From a virus, in IMG/VR virus record IMGVR_UViG_3300032893_002193, positions 16,058-80,057 of that record: a stretch of 64,000 bases of DNA; one strand, written 5' to 3'. Positions 52,346 through 61,354 of the stretch are shown piece after piece. Numbering within the stretch: the first letter of the stretch is position 1; every line of letters begins with the position of its first letter. The notes beneath the pieces were generated by a model. The model had not been told where the DNA came from. It did no database searches and saw only the letters and a list, made by a program, of their open reading frames with translations. The translations under genes were made by a program, and so were the position numbers.

Positions 52346-53464
52346 ATGAAAATATGTATCCAGCAATTTCTTGGTAAATCTCATTCTTGGTCAATTGTCG
52401 GACAGAACTATGCAAGATCGTTTCGTAATCTTGGCAATGAGGTTCATCTACAATCTACTAATGGTCTTGAGTATTTTCCTGATGATCTAAAATCTTTATT
52501 AAAAGAAAAGTTAGATGATGATTATGATTTAGAGTTAAGTTATACTTCAATGAAAAACTTTCCGGTTTATTTAAATCATAGCAAAAAATCCATAAAGTTT
52601 GGAATATGGTGTTTTGAATGGGCTGGTAAGAACGCTATTCCTACCGGATTTGCTAAACATTATAAATCATGCAATAAAATACTTCCGCCGTCTCAGTTTG
52701 CGAAGCAGGTTTTTTTAGATAGCGGTGTCCCAGAATCTTCTTTGCAGGTTGTACCCCATGGTTTCGATAAGACAGCATATGATAATTGTGAACCATTAAA
52801 TATAAATACTAAAAAAAGTATTAAAATTTTATTAAATATTGCGCAAAATCATATGAGAAAAAATTTCGCCGGCGCTCTTGATGCTTTTGGTAAGGCCTTC
52901 TCTAAAAAAGATGATGTTTGTCTTGTTTTAAAGATAGTTGATAAAGAGCCTCAACAAAATTTTGAGGTATCATTTAAAAAAATGTTTAATGTATTTAAAA
53001 CAAAGTATCCAAATCATGCCGAGGTAAAAATAATTACTGATTTTATTCCAAATATAGGTAGTTTATATAAGTCATGTGATATTTTATATAGCCTAACTCA
53101 CTGCGAGGCGTTCTATATGCCGGGATTAGAGGCGCTATCATTAGGCTTGGTTAATGTTGTTTCTGGATATGGTGGGCAGCTTGACTTTCTTAATAACGAT
53201 AACTCTTTACTGGTTAGTGGTAAGGTTTCTTTCTCTCCCCCGCAAGCATTATACTGGGATCAAAAGGCTGGCACCTACTGGTTTGAGCCAAGTATAGATG
53301 ATGCGGTTGAAAAATTAAGATATGCAGCAAACAATATCTTAAAATTAAAAAATCAGATAAAATTAAATAATCAAGTCATTGAAAAATATAGCTGGGACAA
53401 TGTTGCAAATAGTGTTTTAGATTTATATAAACAAGAAAAGCAATTATTAGGAGATAAGTCGTGA
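52346..53464 (+). CDS. Glycosyltransferase, GT-B/GT4 family
   Basis: PSQFAK, VVPHG, RKN, EAFYMPGLEALSLG (ExF...E motif), YSWDNVA; ATG at 52346 (TTG 52340 alternative). Confidence 0.85.
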   Translation: MKICIQQFLGKSHSWSIVGQNYARSFRNLGNEVHLQSTNGLEYFPDDLKSLLKEKLDDDYDLELSYTSMKNFPVYLNHSKKSIKFGIWCFEWAGKNAIPTGFAKHYKSCNKILPPSQFAKQVFLDSGVPESSLQVVPHGFDKTAYDNCEPLNINTKKSIKILLNIAQNHMRKNFAGALDAFGKAFSKKDDVCLVLKIVDKEPQQNFEVSFKKMFNVFKTKYPNHAEVKIITDFIPNIGSLYKSCDILYSLTHCEAFYMPGLEALSLGLVNVVSGYGGQLDFLNNDNSLLVSGKVSFSPPQALYWDQKAGTYWFEPSIDDAVEKLRYAANNILKLKNQIKLNNQVIEKYSWDNVANSVLDLYKQEKQLLGDKS

Positions 53465-54168
53465 GTTTAATATCTTTTATTATTCCAACATATGAAAAGG
53501 TGAATTTTACAAAAAGCTGCCTTAAAGATCTTTTTAGATTATCCATACCGTTCGAAGTTATAGTGGTTGATAATAGCCAAACAAACGAAACCTATGAAAT
53601 GTGCCTTGATTATAAAAAATACAATAATTTCAAGTATTTAAGAAGCTCAAAAAATACATTTTCCCATGCATGTAATACCGGATATAAGAATGCGTCCGGA
53701 GAGTATCTGTGTTTTTTAAATAACGATATAAGAGTCAAAGAAAATCACGATAGTTGGCCCAATTTATTGATATCTACTATTAAAGATTATGAAAAAAATG
53801 GGGAAAATATTATAATCGGACCAACCGGAGGAATGCTGGATAATAATTTTAATTTTTTATACGAAACAAGAGACGCCAATAAAAAAATTAATTATATTTC
53901 CGGATGGTGCTTGACATTATCCAAAGCGGTGGCTAAAATATTGGAAATATCAGAAGACGAGATGTGGGACGAAAGATTTAAGTTTTATTTTGAGGACGCT
54001 GATATTGGTTTTAGAGCACAACAAAAAAACATTAAATTAGTTTTAAAGGATATACCTGTTGTTCATTTTGGAAAAATTTCAACAGATAAAACTCAAATTA
54101 ATAAGCTATATAATGAAGGTAAAAAAATATTTACAAGTATTTATAAAAATAATACATTGAGTGGTTAA
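53461..54168 (+). CDS. Glycosyltransferase, GT-A/GT2 family
   Basis: SFIIPTY, EVIVVDNS, FSHACNTG, FLNND, YFEDADI. Confidence 0.85.
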   Translation: MSLISFIIPTYEKVNFTKSCLKDLFRLSIPFEVIVVDNSQTNETYEMCLDYKKYNNFKYLRSSKNTFSHACNTGYKNASGEYLCFLNNDIRVKENHDSWPNLLISTIKDYEKNGENIIIGPTGGMLDNNFNFLYETRDANKKINYISGWCLTLSKAVAKILEISEDEMWDERFKFYFEDADIGFRAQQKNIKLVLKDIPVVHFGKISTDKTQINKLYNEGKKIFTSIYKNNTLSG

Positions 54169-54244
54169 TGTATAAATTTGTTTGTGTAAAAAACCGTATG
54201 CAAGCTGATATATAATCAGCGAAGAAAATAAATGGAGAAGTAAT

Positions 54245-55231
54245 ATGTCATTATGGCAAAGAATATTAGTTGTTGTTGGAACGGTTCTTTTAATAGGGGC
54301 TCTTTTGTTTATTATTTACAAACAAAATCAAATTTCTCAACAGCAGGACGCAATTAACAAATCAATGGTATCTCAAAAAGAGCTTATAGACGGGATTGTA
54401 AGATCGCAATCTCAATTTGCATCTAAAGAGGATTTGCAGAAATTTGCATCTGATAATAATATTAATCTTGATGCCATAAATAAAGATCTCGCCGCCCTTC
54501 ATGCAGATTTATCATCAATTAACAAAATTACCGTTAATAGCAATGGTCAGTCTGTTAATGGTGTTCCATCGACAAACACCACTCCGGGAACAAATACGCC
54601 GGATCCTAATGCTGTGGCTCAAAATCCAGATCCTTATGGTTATATGAAAAATAAACAAAATTTAGAATTAAATGAAGATTTTAGTGGGACAAAAGTTCCA
54701 ATTGGCGTTGTGTCCTTTTCTGCCTGGAAGGATAAGCCGTGGGATTATAATATAAATGCTCGACAATATAATGTTGTTAATGTTATTGGTACAGATGAAG
54801 ATGGTAGAAATTATGTTTATAATAAATTTACTATAAACGATGGCAACAAGAACTATGATGTTAAAATTGCTACCGCCCAAACTGTTCAAGAATATCCTAC
54901 CGCCAAATTATCATTTAATCCAAGATTGTTTATGGGTGTAGATGGTGGAATATCAGTGTCGAGACTTCCGGTACAAGGAGAATTTACTCCAAGCGTCGGG
55001 ATGGGCTTTTTAAGCTATGGTAAAACAAAAGTTCAACCAGATTGGAGTTTTGCTCAGGTTGGAGTTGGATTTGATGTTGCTACAAGCAGGCCTCAGGTTT
55101 TAGTGACGCCGGTTGCATATAATTTGGGACAGAATATTCCTTTTGTAAAAAATACATATGTGGCACCATCTATTGGAGTTGAAACAGATGGCAGCGTCTA
55201 TGTTGGAGTTGGCGCAAGAGTTGGATTTTAA
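54245..55231 (+). CDS. Membrane protein: N-terminal TM anchor, coiled coil, C-terminal amphipathic beta-strands ending in Phe (candidate spanin-like)
   Basis: ILVVVGTVLLIGALLFIIY; heptad region; terminal VYVGVGARVGF; GGAG RBS. Confidence 0.5.
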   Translation: MSLWQRILVVVGTVLLIGALLFIIYKQNQISQQQDAINKSMVSQKELIDGIVRSQSQFASKEDLQKFASDNNINLDAINKDLAALHADLSSINKITVNSNGQSVNGVPSTNTTPGTNTPDPNAVAQNPDPYGYMKNKQNLELNEDFSGTKVPIGVVSFSAWKDKPWDYNINARQYNVVNVIGTDEDGRNYVYNKFTINDGNKNYDVKIATAQTVQEYPTAKLSFNPRLFMGVDGGISVSRLPVQGEFTPSVGMGFLSYGKTKVQPDWSFAQVGVGFDVATSRPQVLVTPVAYNLGQNIPFVKNTYVAPSIGVETDGSVYVGVGARVGF

Positions 55232-55234
55232 AAA

Positions 55235-56065
55235 ATGAAAAAAATACATATATTAACATTAAACTGGAACGGTGCGGAAAAATTATCAAGATTGTATCCT
55301 TCCTTAAAAGAAAATTTAAACAATTTTGATTATCATTGGTGGATAAAGGATAATGCCTCTGAAGATAAGTCGATGGAAGTTATACAATCCTGGAACGATG
55401 AGAGGGTCCACGCAATTAAGTATCCTCATAATAGAGATAGCTATTCTTATGGAATGAATTTCTTGTTTAAAGAGAGTGGCGCACAAAATGATGATCTTGT
55501 CTTATCATTAAATAATGACATTCAGTTTATAGATAATAAATCTATTTCTAATATGGCAAAAATTCTAAATGATAAGGAAGTTGGTCAAGTCGGAGCTAAA
55601 TTAAATTATTTTAATTCTAATAAAATTCAGCATGTTGGAGTTTTATTTTCTCTAAAGCATAGGGGGCTTCCATTTCATTATAGACAACATATGAATGAAG
55701 AAAGTAGAGATAAAGAAGATAGATTATTTCCTGCAATCACGGGTGCTGTAGCTCTAACCAGGGCCGATATTTTTAAGAGTTGCTGGAATAATAAATCTGG
55801 TCTCGGCGGATTCGATGAGGGGTATACTTTTGGATTTGAGGATATAGATATGTCATTGATGATTAATCTTGTACTTAAGAAAAAAGTAGTATGCGCCGGA
55901 AATGTCGGTATTTGTCATGAAGAATCTGCTTCCCTAAAAAAGAATCCAGTTCATAAATTACATTTCGTCAATAACGCAAAATTATTACTCAGCAAATGGA
56001 TTAATGGAATAGATTATGAGTTATATAAAAAATACGAAAATCCAAAATTTGCGATATACAGGTAA
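55235..56065 (+). CDS. Glycosyltransferase, GT-A/GT2 family
   Basis: ILTLNWNG, DNASED, LNND, VGAKL, TGAVAL, GGFDEGY..GFEDIDMS. Confidence 0.85.
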   Translation: MKKIHILTLNWNGAEKLSRLYPSLKENLNNFDYHWWIKDNASEDKSMEVIQSWNDERVHAIKYPHNRDSYSYGMNFLFKESGAQNDDLVLSLNNDIQFIDNKSISNMAKILNDKEVGQVGAKLNYFNSNKIQHVGVLFSLKHRGLPFHYRQHMNEESRDKEDRLFPAITGAVALTRADIFKSCWNNKSGLGGFDEGYTFGFEDIDMSLMINLVLKKKVVCAGNVGICHEESASLKKNPVHKLHFVNNAKLLLSKWINGIDYELYKKYENPKFAIYR

Positions 56066-56067
56066 AA

Positions 56068-57036
56068 ATGGCAAAAAAGAAAATATTAATAACTGGTAGT
56101 TGTGGATTTATTTATTCAAATTTTATTAGAAGAATTATTTTTAATAAACATCCATACGAAATTGTTAGTATAGATAAGCTAACAAATTCAAAATTAAAAA
56201 ATAATATTTATTTTAATAAAAATCATCAGTTCTATTTAGGAGATATATGTGATACTCATTTAATAGATAAGATTTTTGAATTCGAGAGGCCAGATATAGT
56301 CCTTCACACCGCAGCGGAAAGTGCAGTAGATTATTCGCTACAAAACCCAAATGCATTTATTAACTCAAATGTTCTTGGGACACAAATTGTTATAAATGCT
56401 TCTATTAAATATGGTGTTAAGAAATTCATATATCAATCTACCGATGAGGTATATGGCGCTCTAACATCTGAAAAGGATATGCCTTGGACAGAAAGTAGTT
56501 CAATTAATCCAAGAAATCCTTATAGCGCATCAAAGGCGGCAGGAGAAATGCTTGTTAATGCTGCTCACAATGCCCACGGACTACAGTATATTATTTTAAG
56601 AACATCTAATAATTATGGTCCAAGACAAATGCCTGATAAGTTAATTCCAAGAGTTATTAAATGTATATTAAATAATGAAAAAATACCAGTGTATGGACAA
56701 GGGTCCCAAATTAGAGATTGGACATATGTTGGAGATAACTGTGATGCGGTTCTTAAAATTATCGAGAGCGATAGAATTAATGAAGTTTTTAATATCTCTT
56801 CTAATCAAGAATACTCTAATATTGAAGTAGTTAATGAAATTTGTAATGTAATTGGTAAGGGGCATGATTTAATTACTTTTATAAAGGATCCTCGCGGAAA
56901 TGCTCATGATTTTAGATATTCTGTTGATTCTAAAAAAACCAGATTGCTTGGATGGAAGCCTGAAGTAAAATTTAAAGAAACTGGACTAAAAGATACTGTT
57001 GACTGGTACATAGCCAATTCATATTGGTTTAATTGA
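56068..57036 (+). CDS. rfbB: dTDP-glucose 4,6-dehydratase (RmlB/RfbB-like NDP-sugar dehydratase)
   Basis: ILITGSCGFI, DKLT, AAES.VD.S, STDEVYG, PYSASKA, NNYGPRQ, RDWTYV, HDFRY. Confidence 0.85.
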   Translation: MAKKKILITGSCGFIYSNFIRRIIFNKHPYEIVSIDKLTNSKLKNNIYFNKNHQFYLGDICDTHLIDKIFEFERPDIVLHTAAESAVDYSLQNPNAFINSNVLGTQIVINASIKYGVKKFIYQSTDEVYGALTSEKDMPWTESSSINPRNPYSASKAAGEMLVNAAHNAHGLQYIILRTSNNYGPRQMPDKLIPRVIKCILNNEKIPVYGQGSQIRDWTYVGDNCDAVLKIIESDRINEVFNISSNQEYSNIEVVNEICNVIGKGHDLITFIKDPRGNAHDFRYSVDSKKTRLLGWKPEVKFKETGLKDTVDWYIANSYWFN

Positions 57037-57048
57037 TTAGGTGATTTT

Positions 57049-57534
57049 ATGGAAAATGTTAAATATAATGAATGGATTAAGAATATAAACCCAAAATTTA
57101 GATATCCACATGGATTATTTTTATTGAATGGCAAAGATTGCTCTTATTATTATGTAAATGGAGTTATTTGTAAAATTGATAAAGATGGAATGGTTACGGC
57201 CTATTATTATTCAGATGCGAAGAAAATTCCTGGATTTAAATGTGCACATAAAATTGTATCAAAATTTTATCTTTATTTAGATTATAATTATTATCAAAAT
57301 CAAACACAAATGGTAGATAAATACCAACCATTAAGAACTGTAGATACTAATGGATGGAATTATACAAACTCTTCTAGCAGTATACCTGTTTATACTACGC
57401 CCGAACCTTTTTATTATAATTCGTCTGCCACTGCCACAACTTCATCGATATCTTTTACCAACCCATATTATTATAGTACTAATACATTTTTTTATACTTC
57501 TTTATTCGGTCCTGGGAATAACGGATCAAGATAA
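57049..57534 (+). CDS. Hypothetical Tyr-rich protein
   Basis: 161-aa ORF with AGGTG RBS; fills the gap between rfbB and the tubulin gene. Confidence 0.5.
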   Translation: MENVKYNEWIKNINPKFRYPHGLFLLNGKDCSYYYVNGVICKIDKDGMVTAYYYSDAKKIPGFKCAHKIVSKFYLYLDYNYYQNQTQMVDKYQPLRTVDTNGWNYTNSSSSIPVYTTPEPFYYNSSATATTSSISFTNPYYYSTNTFFYTSLFGPGNNGSR

Positions 57535-57589
57535 TAAAAAAATGTAATAATAAGTGTTATATAAGTGTTGAGTTAAGGAGACTTTGTTA

Positions 57590-58978
57590 ATGACTACAAA
57601 TAATTCTAATATAAAAATAGAGCAAGAAAAAATTATAGATGATATTTCGGAGAAACCGATGACTGAAGAAAAAAATAATGAAAGTCTTGATATAGATAAA
57701 TTAGCCAAATTAAAAGCAAAATTGGCCGCAAAACAGAATATAGAAGAAAATAAAGAGGATGAAATGCCGGCAAAAATAGTTATTAAGCCAGAAAGATCAA
57801 TAAATTTTGGTATTATAGGTTCAGGACAGGGCGGAAGCAGATTGGCCGAAGCTTTCTATAAACTTGGAATGGATGCCGTAGTAATGAATACTGCCCAACA
57901 AGATTTGAAGTTTATTGATGTTCCCGAATCAAATAAGCTTTTTCTGGAATATGGTCTTGGTGGAGCGAGTAGAGATCTTGCTATCGGATATAGTGCTGCA
58001 GATAGTCATAGAGAACAAATTTTAGATCTTGTTAATAAGCAACTTGCAGATTCACAAATCTTAATATTTACTGTATCACTTGGTGGCGGATCGGGAGCCG
58101 GTAGTTGCGATGTAATTATTGATATATTGTCTGCAACAGGTAAGCCAGTTATGGTGCTTGCCGTATTACCAATGGAAAGCGAAGATGCGCAAACAAAACA
58201 CAATGCATTAATAACTCTATCAAAACTTGCAAAATACACGCAATCAAAAAAGATAGCTAACTTAATGGTAGTTGATAACTCTAAAATAGAACTAATCTAT
58301 CATTCTGTATCGCCTGTAGATTTCTTTAATATTGCCAATAGAGCTATTGTAGAACCGCTTGATGCATTTAATCGATTATCAGCAATGCCATCTTCGGTGA
58401 AGCCATTGGACCCTACAGAATTTTCAAGAATATTAATCGATGGAGAGGGACTAACCATATATGGAGAATTAAAAGTCGATAATTATGAAAATAACGAAGC
58501 TGCCTTGGCTGAAGCAATAATTTCTAACCTTGATTCAAATTTACTTGCCGATGGTTTCGATATAAAACAATCAAAATATGTTGGCGTAATTATCTCGGCA
58601 AATTCCAATGTATGGAAGAAAATACATTCATCAAGCATTAACTATATGAAGGCAATACTTGAAGAAGCAACCGGAACACCAAGAGCATTATTCAGCGGAG
58701 TGTATACCACAGATGATCCAGAAGATATTGTTAAGATATATTTTATCATTTCTGGTTTAGGCATACCATCTGGCAGAATAGATGTGCTAAAGAAACAGGC
58801 CCAGGAGTTTGAGATCGCTGCAAAACAAAAAGATAATCAGAGAAATCTGACTTTGAATTTGGATACCGGTAAGGATCAAACTGTTTCAAAAATTCAAGAA
58901 ATTAAAAATAAAGTTGCAACTAAATCTTCGGCATTTGGTAAATTCACTACCGGAGTTGTAGATCGTAGGAAAGGTTGA
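57590..58978 (+). CDS. Tubulin/FtsZ-family GTPase (phage TubZ/PhuZ-like)
   Basis: GIIGSGQGGSRL, MNTAQQDL, signature SLGGGSGAG, VLP, VVDN, LDPTEF; AAGGAG RBS before ATG 57590. Confidence 0.85.
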   Translation: MTTNNSNIKIEQEKIIDDISEKPMTEEKNNESLDIDKLAKLKAKLAAKQNIEENKEDEMPAKIVIKPERSINFGIIGSGQGGSRLAEAFYKLGMDAVVMNTAQQDLKFIDVPESNKLFLEYGLGGASRDLAIGYSAADSHREQILDLVNKQLADSQILIFTVSLGGGSGAGSCDVIIDILSATGKPVMVLAVLPMESEDAQTKHNALITLSKLAKYTQSKKIANLMVVDNSKIELIYHSVSPVDFFNIANRAIVEPLDAFNRLSAMPSSVKPLDPTEFSRILIDGEGLTIYGELKVDNYENNEAALAEAIISNLDSNLLADGFDIKQSKYVGVIISANSNVWKKIHSSSINYMKAILEEATGTPRALFSGVYTTDDPEDIVKIYFIISGLGIPSGRIDVLKKQAQEFEIAAKQKDNQRNLTLNLDTGKDQTVSKIQEIKNKVATKSSAFGKFTTGVVDRRKG

Positions 58979-58980
58979 TT

Positions 58981-59823
58981 ATGATAAAAGGTCTCGATAT
59001 AAGTGCTGTTCAGGAAGGCGTTGATTTTGACTGGCTTGTAAACCAAGGATTTCAATTCGTTGTTATTAGATGCGGTGTTGGCAATGAGGGAGTTGATGGA
59101 TTATATAAGAAAAATGTAGCCGAAGCAAAGGCAGCCGGAATGAAGGTTATGGCATATCATTTCGTTTATCCATTACCATCGGATCCGTCGCATACCAGCA
59201 GAGATCCAGTTGCCCAAGCCCAAGCTCATTTTAAAGCAGCCAATGGAGAATTAGCTGCAATAGATGTCGAGTGGCCTGAACCGCAAGATTGGAAAAAATG
59301 GAATGTTGATGCAAATTTTATTAAGCAATGGATCAATTCATATCTTGATGAGTATACAAGATTAAGTGGAGGCAAGAAACCACTATTTTATACATATCCA
59401 AATTATGCCAAATTGATTAAATTTGATGTTAATGTTTCGCAATATCCTTTATGGATAGCTTCATATCTTCAAACTCCAGAAATACCGGCGCCATGGAGTG
59501 ATTATTATATGTGGCAAACTGGTGGAGGAGATAAGTTAACCCTACCGAACGGCATAAAAACAGATACAGATGTTGTTAAGGATTTTTCTTATTGGGAATC
59601 ATCATCAAATCAAGAAACGCCGCCGGTCAGCCCACCACAAGAGGTTGCCACAGCTGCCACTCAAACCAGTCAGACAGCAGATCTCCCAAGTGCCCAAGAT
59701 GTAGAACAGCATCTTAAGCAAGATTCAAATATAATTGTAAAGAAAGAATTTGAATCGGGAACATCTGGAATATTAGATGTATTATTTAGGCTTATTAAAA
59801 TCTTATTCCCGTTTATTAAATAA
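58981..59823 (+). CDS. Endolysin, glycoside hydrolase family 25 muramidase
   Basis: GLDISAVQ, AYHF, IDVE (DxE), FYT, LWIASY, MWQ, DTD; low-complexity linker and hydrophobic C-terminus. Confidence 0.85.
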   Translation: MIKGLDISAVQEGVDFDWLVNQGFQFVVIRCGVGNEGVDGLYKKNVAEAKAAGMKVMAYHFVYPLPSDPSHTSRDPVAQAQAHFKAANGELAAIDVEWPEPQDWKKWNVDANFIKQWINSYLDEYTRLSGGKKPLFYTYPNYAKLIKFDVNVSQYPLWIASYLQTPEIPAPWSDYYMWQTGGGDKLTLPNGIKTDTDVVKDFSYWESSSNQETPPVSPPQEVATAATQTSQTADLPSAQDVEQHLKQDSNIIVKKEFESGTSGILDVLFRLIKILFPFIK

Positions 59824-59829
59824 TTTTAA

Positions 59830-61311
59830 ATGACAACATTATTATACAATAACAAATATTGCAAAATTGTAGATGAGCAAGACAGTAATTTTATAAGACA
59901 AATAGATAAATTACTTTCATATAAATTAGCCGGAGCCGAATACATGCCATCTTATAGAGGATGGTATGATAAGAGCGGAAAGTTTGTTAGATGGGATGGA
60001 GTGTGTCATCTAATGAACAGTAAGCTTACATTTTTCGTCGGATTAATGCCAAAGGTTATTGAGTATTATAAGAGCAATGAAAAAAATATAAATGTTGTTT
60101 ATACCGGAAATAAAATATCCCAAAATAATCCAATAAATATAGATGAGCAATTAAAAAAACTTAATATGATTCCTCACGACTATCAAATGAGAATACTTGA
60201 TAGCGTAAAAGAAAATAATAGAGGAATAATTAGGGCTGCTACCGGTGCCGGGAAAACATTAATTGCCGCAATGATTTCTGCTTATTTTGGTAAAAAAACT
60301 ATCGTATATGTTATTGGAACAGAATTATTATACCAATTTTATAATTTATTTGTTAGTATCTTTGGAGAGGAAAAGGTTGGTATTATTGGTAATGGCGAGT
60401 GTAAGGTAAAAGATTTTAATATTGTTAGTATCTGGACAGCCGCTCAAGCATTAGGGATAGATAAAAAGAAAATATTACTTGATGCAGAAGAAGACGAAAA
60501 GGTAGATGTAAAAAAATATCAAGAAGTCAAGCAAATAATTAAAGAGGCAAAAGTTCAGATATGGGACGAATGCCATATGGTTGCGGCCGACACATCTCAA
60601 ACAATATATAAAAATTCAGATCCAGAACACATATATGGATTGTCTGGAACCCCTTGGAGAGATGATAATCAGGATTTACTAATTGAGGCTATACTGGGAA
60701 GATACATAGCCGATATTTCTGCTTCGGAATTAATTAGTAAGGGATTTTTAGCAAAGCCGATTATAAAGTTTGTTCCGGTACCAAAATATCCAGAGCCGCT
60801 TGGTAAAAACTATAAATCGGTATATTCTTCATATATAGTTGAAAATGAAACGAGAAATAAACTTGTTCTTGACTATGCTATTAAGTTAAAAGAAAAAGGA
60901 TATCAAACACTTATATTATTTAATACTATTAAACACGGAAATATACTTTATGACTTAATATCAAAACATCTTAATTGTGCCTTATTATCAGGAAAAGATG
61001 AAAAAGAAATAAGAGATGATGTTAGACATAAATTAGAAAATAAAGAAATAGATGTAATCATTGCCTCAAGAATATTTGATTTAGGAGTTAATGTTCCTTC
61101 CCTTTCTGGACTTATATTAGCAAGCGGCGGAAAATCATCTGTTAGAGCTTTGCAGCGTATAGGTAGGGTTATTAGAAAATATGAAGGCAAAAAAAATGCC
61201 GCAGTAATAGATTTTATAGATGATTGCACCTATCTAAAAAACCATTCAAGAACAAGATATAAAATATATTCCTCTGAACCAGAATTCAAAATATTTTATC
61301 CAAAAAAATAG
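59830..61311 (+). CDS. Superfamily 2 DNA helicase (UvsW-like)
   Basis: Q motif DYQ, Walker A ATGAGKT, DECH, SGT, GVNVP, QRIGRVIR. Confidence 0.85.
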   Translation: MTTLLYNNKYCKIVDEQDSNFIRQIDKLLSYKLAGAEYMPSYRGWYDKSGKFVRWDGVCHLMNSKLTFFVGLMPKVIEYYKSNEKNINVVYTGNKISQNNPINIDEQLKKLNMIPHDYQMRILDSVKENNRGIIRAATGAGKTLIAAMISAYFGKKTIVYVIGTELLYQFYNLFVSIFGEEKVGIIGNGECKVKDFNIVSIWTAAQALGIDKKKILLDAEEDEKVDVKKYQEVKQIIKEAKVQIWDECHMVAADTSQTIYKNSDPEHIYGLSGTPWRDDNQDLLIEAILGRYIADISASELISKGFLAKPIIKFVPVPKYPEPLGKNYKSVYSSYIVENETRNKLVLDYAIKLKEKGYQTLILFNTIKHGNILYDLISKHLNCALLSGKDEKEIRDDVRHKLENKEIDVIIASRIFDLGVNVPSLSGLILASGGKSSVRALQRIGRVIRKYEGKKNAAVIDFIDDCTYLKNHSRTRYKIYSSEPEFKIFYPKK

Positions 61312-61319
61312 AAAAGGGG

Positions 61320-61347
61320 TTGACATCTGTTAATCAGTTGTTATATT
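61320..61347 (+). promoter_or_regulatory. Sigma70-type promoter (TTGACA-N16-TATATT with extended -10 TG)
   Basis: Perfect -35 at 61320, TG at 61339, -10 at 61342, in an intergenic gap. Confidence 0.65.
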
Positions 61348-61354
61348 GGTTTCT

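Noticed and set aside
57590-58978. Cellular ftsZ in a bacterial chromosome
   Set aside because: Divergent motifs (GQGG, GGGSGAG), no dcw cluster genes, phage context
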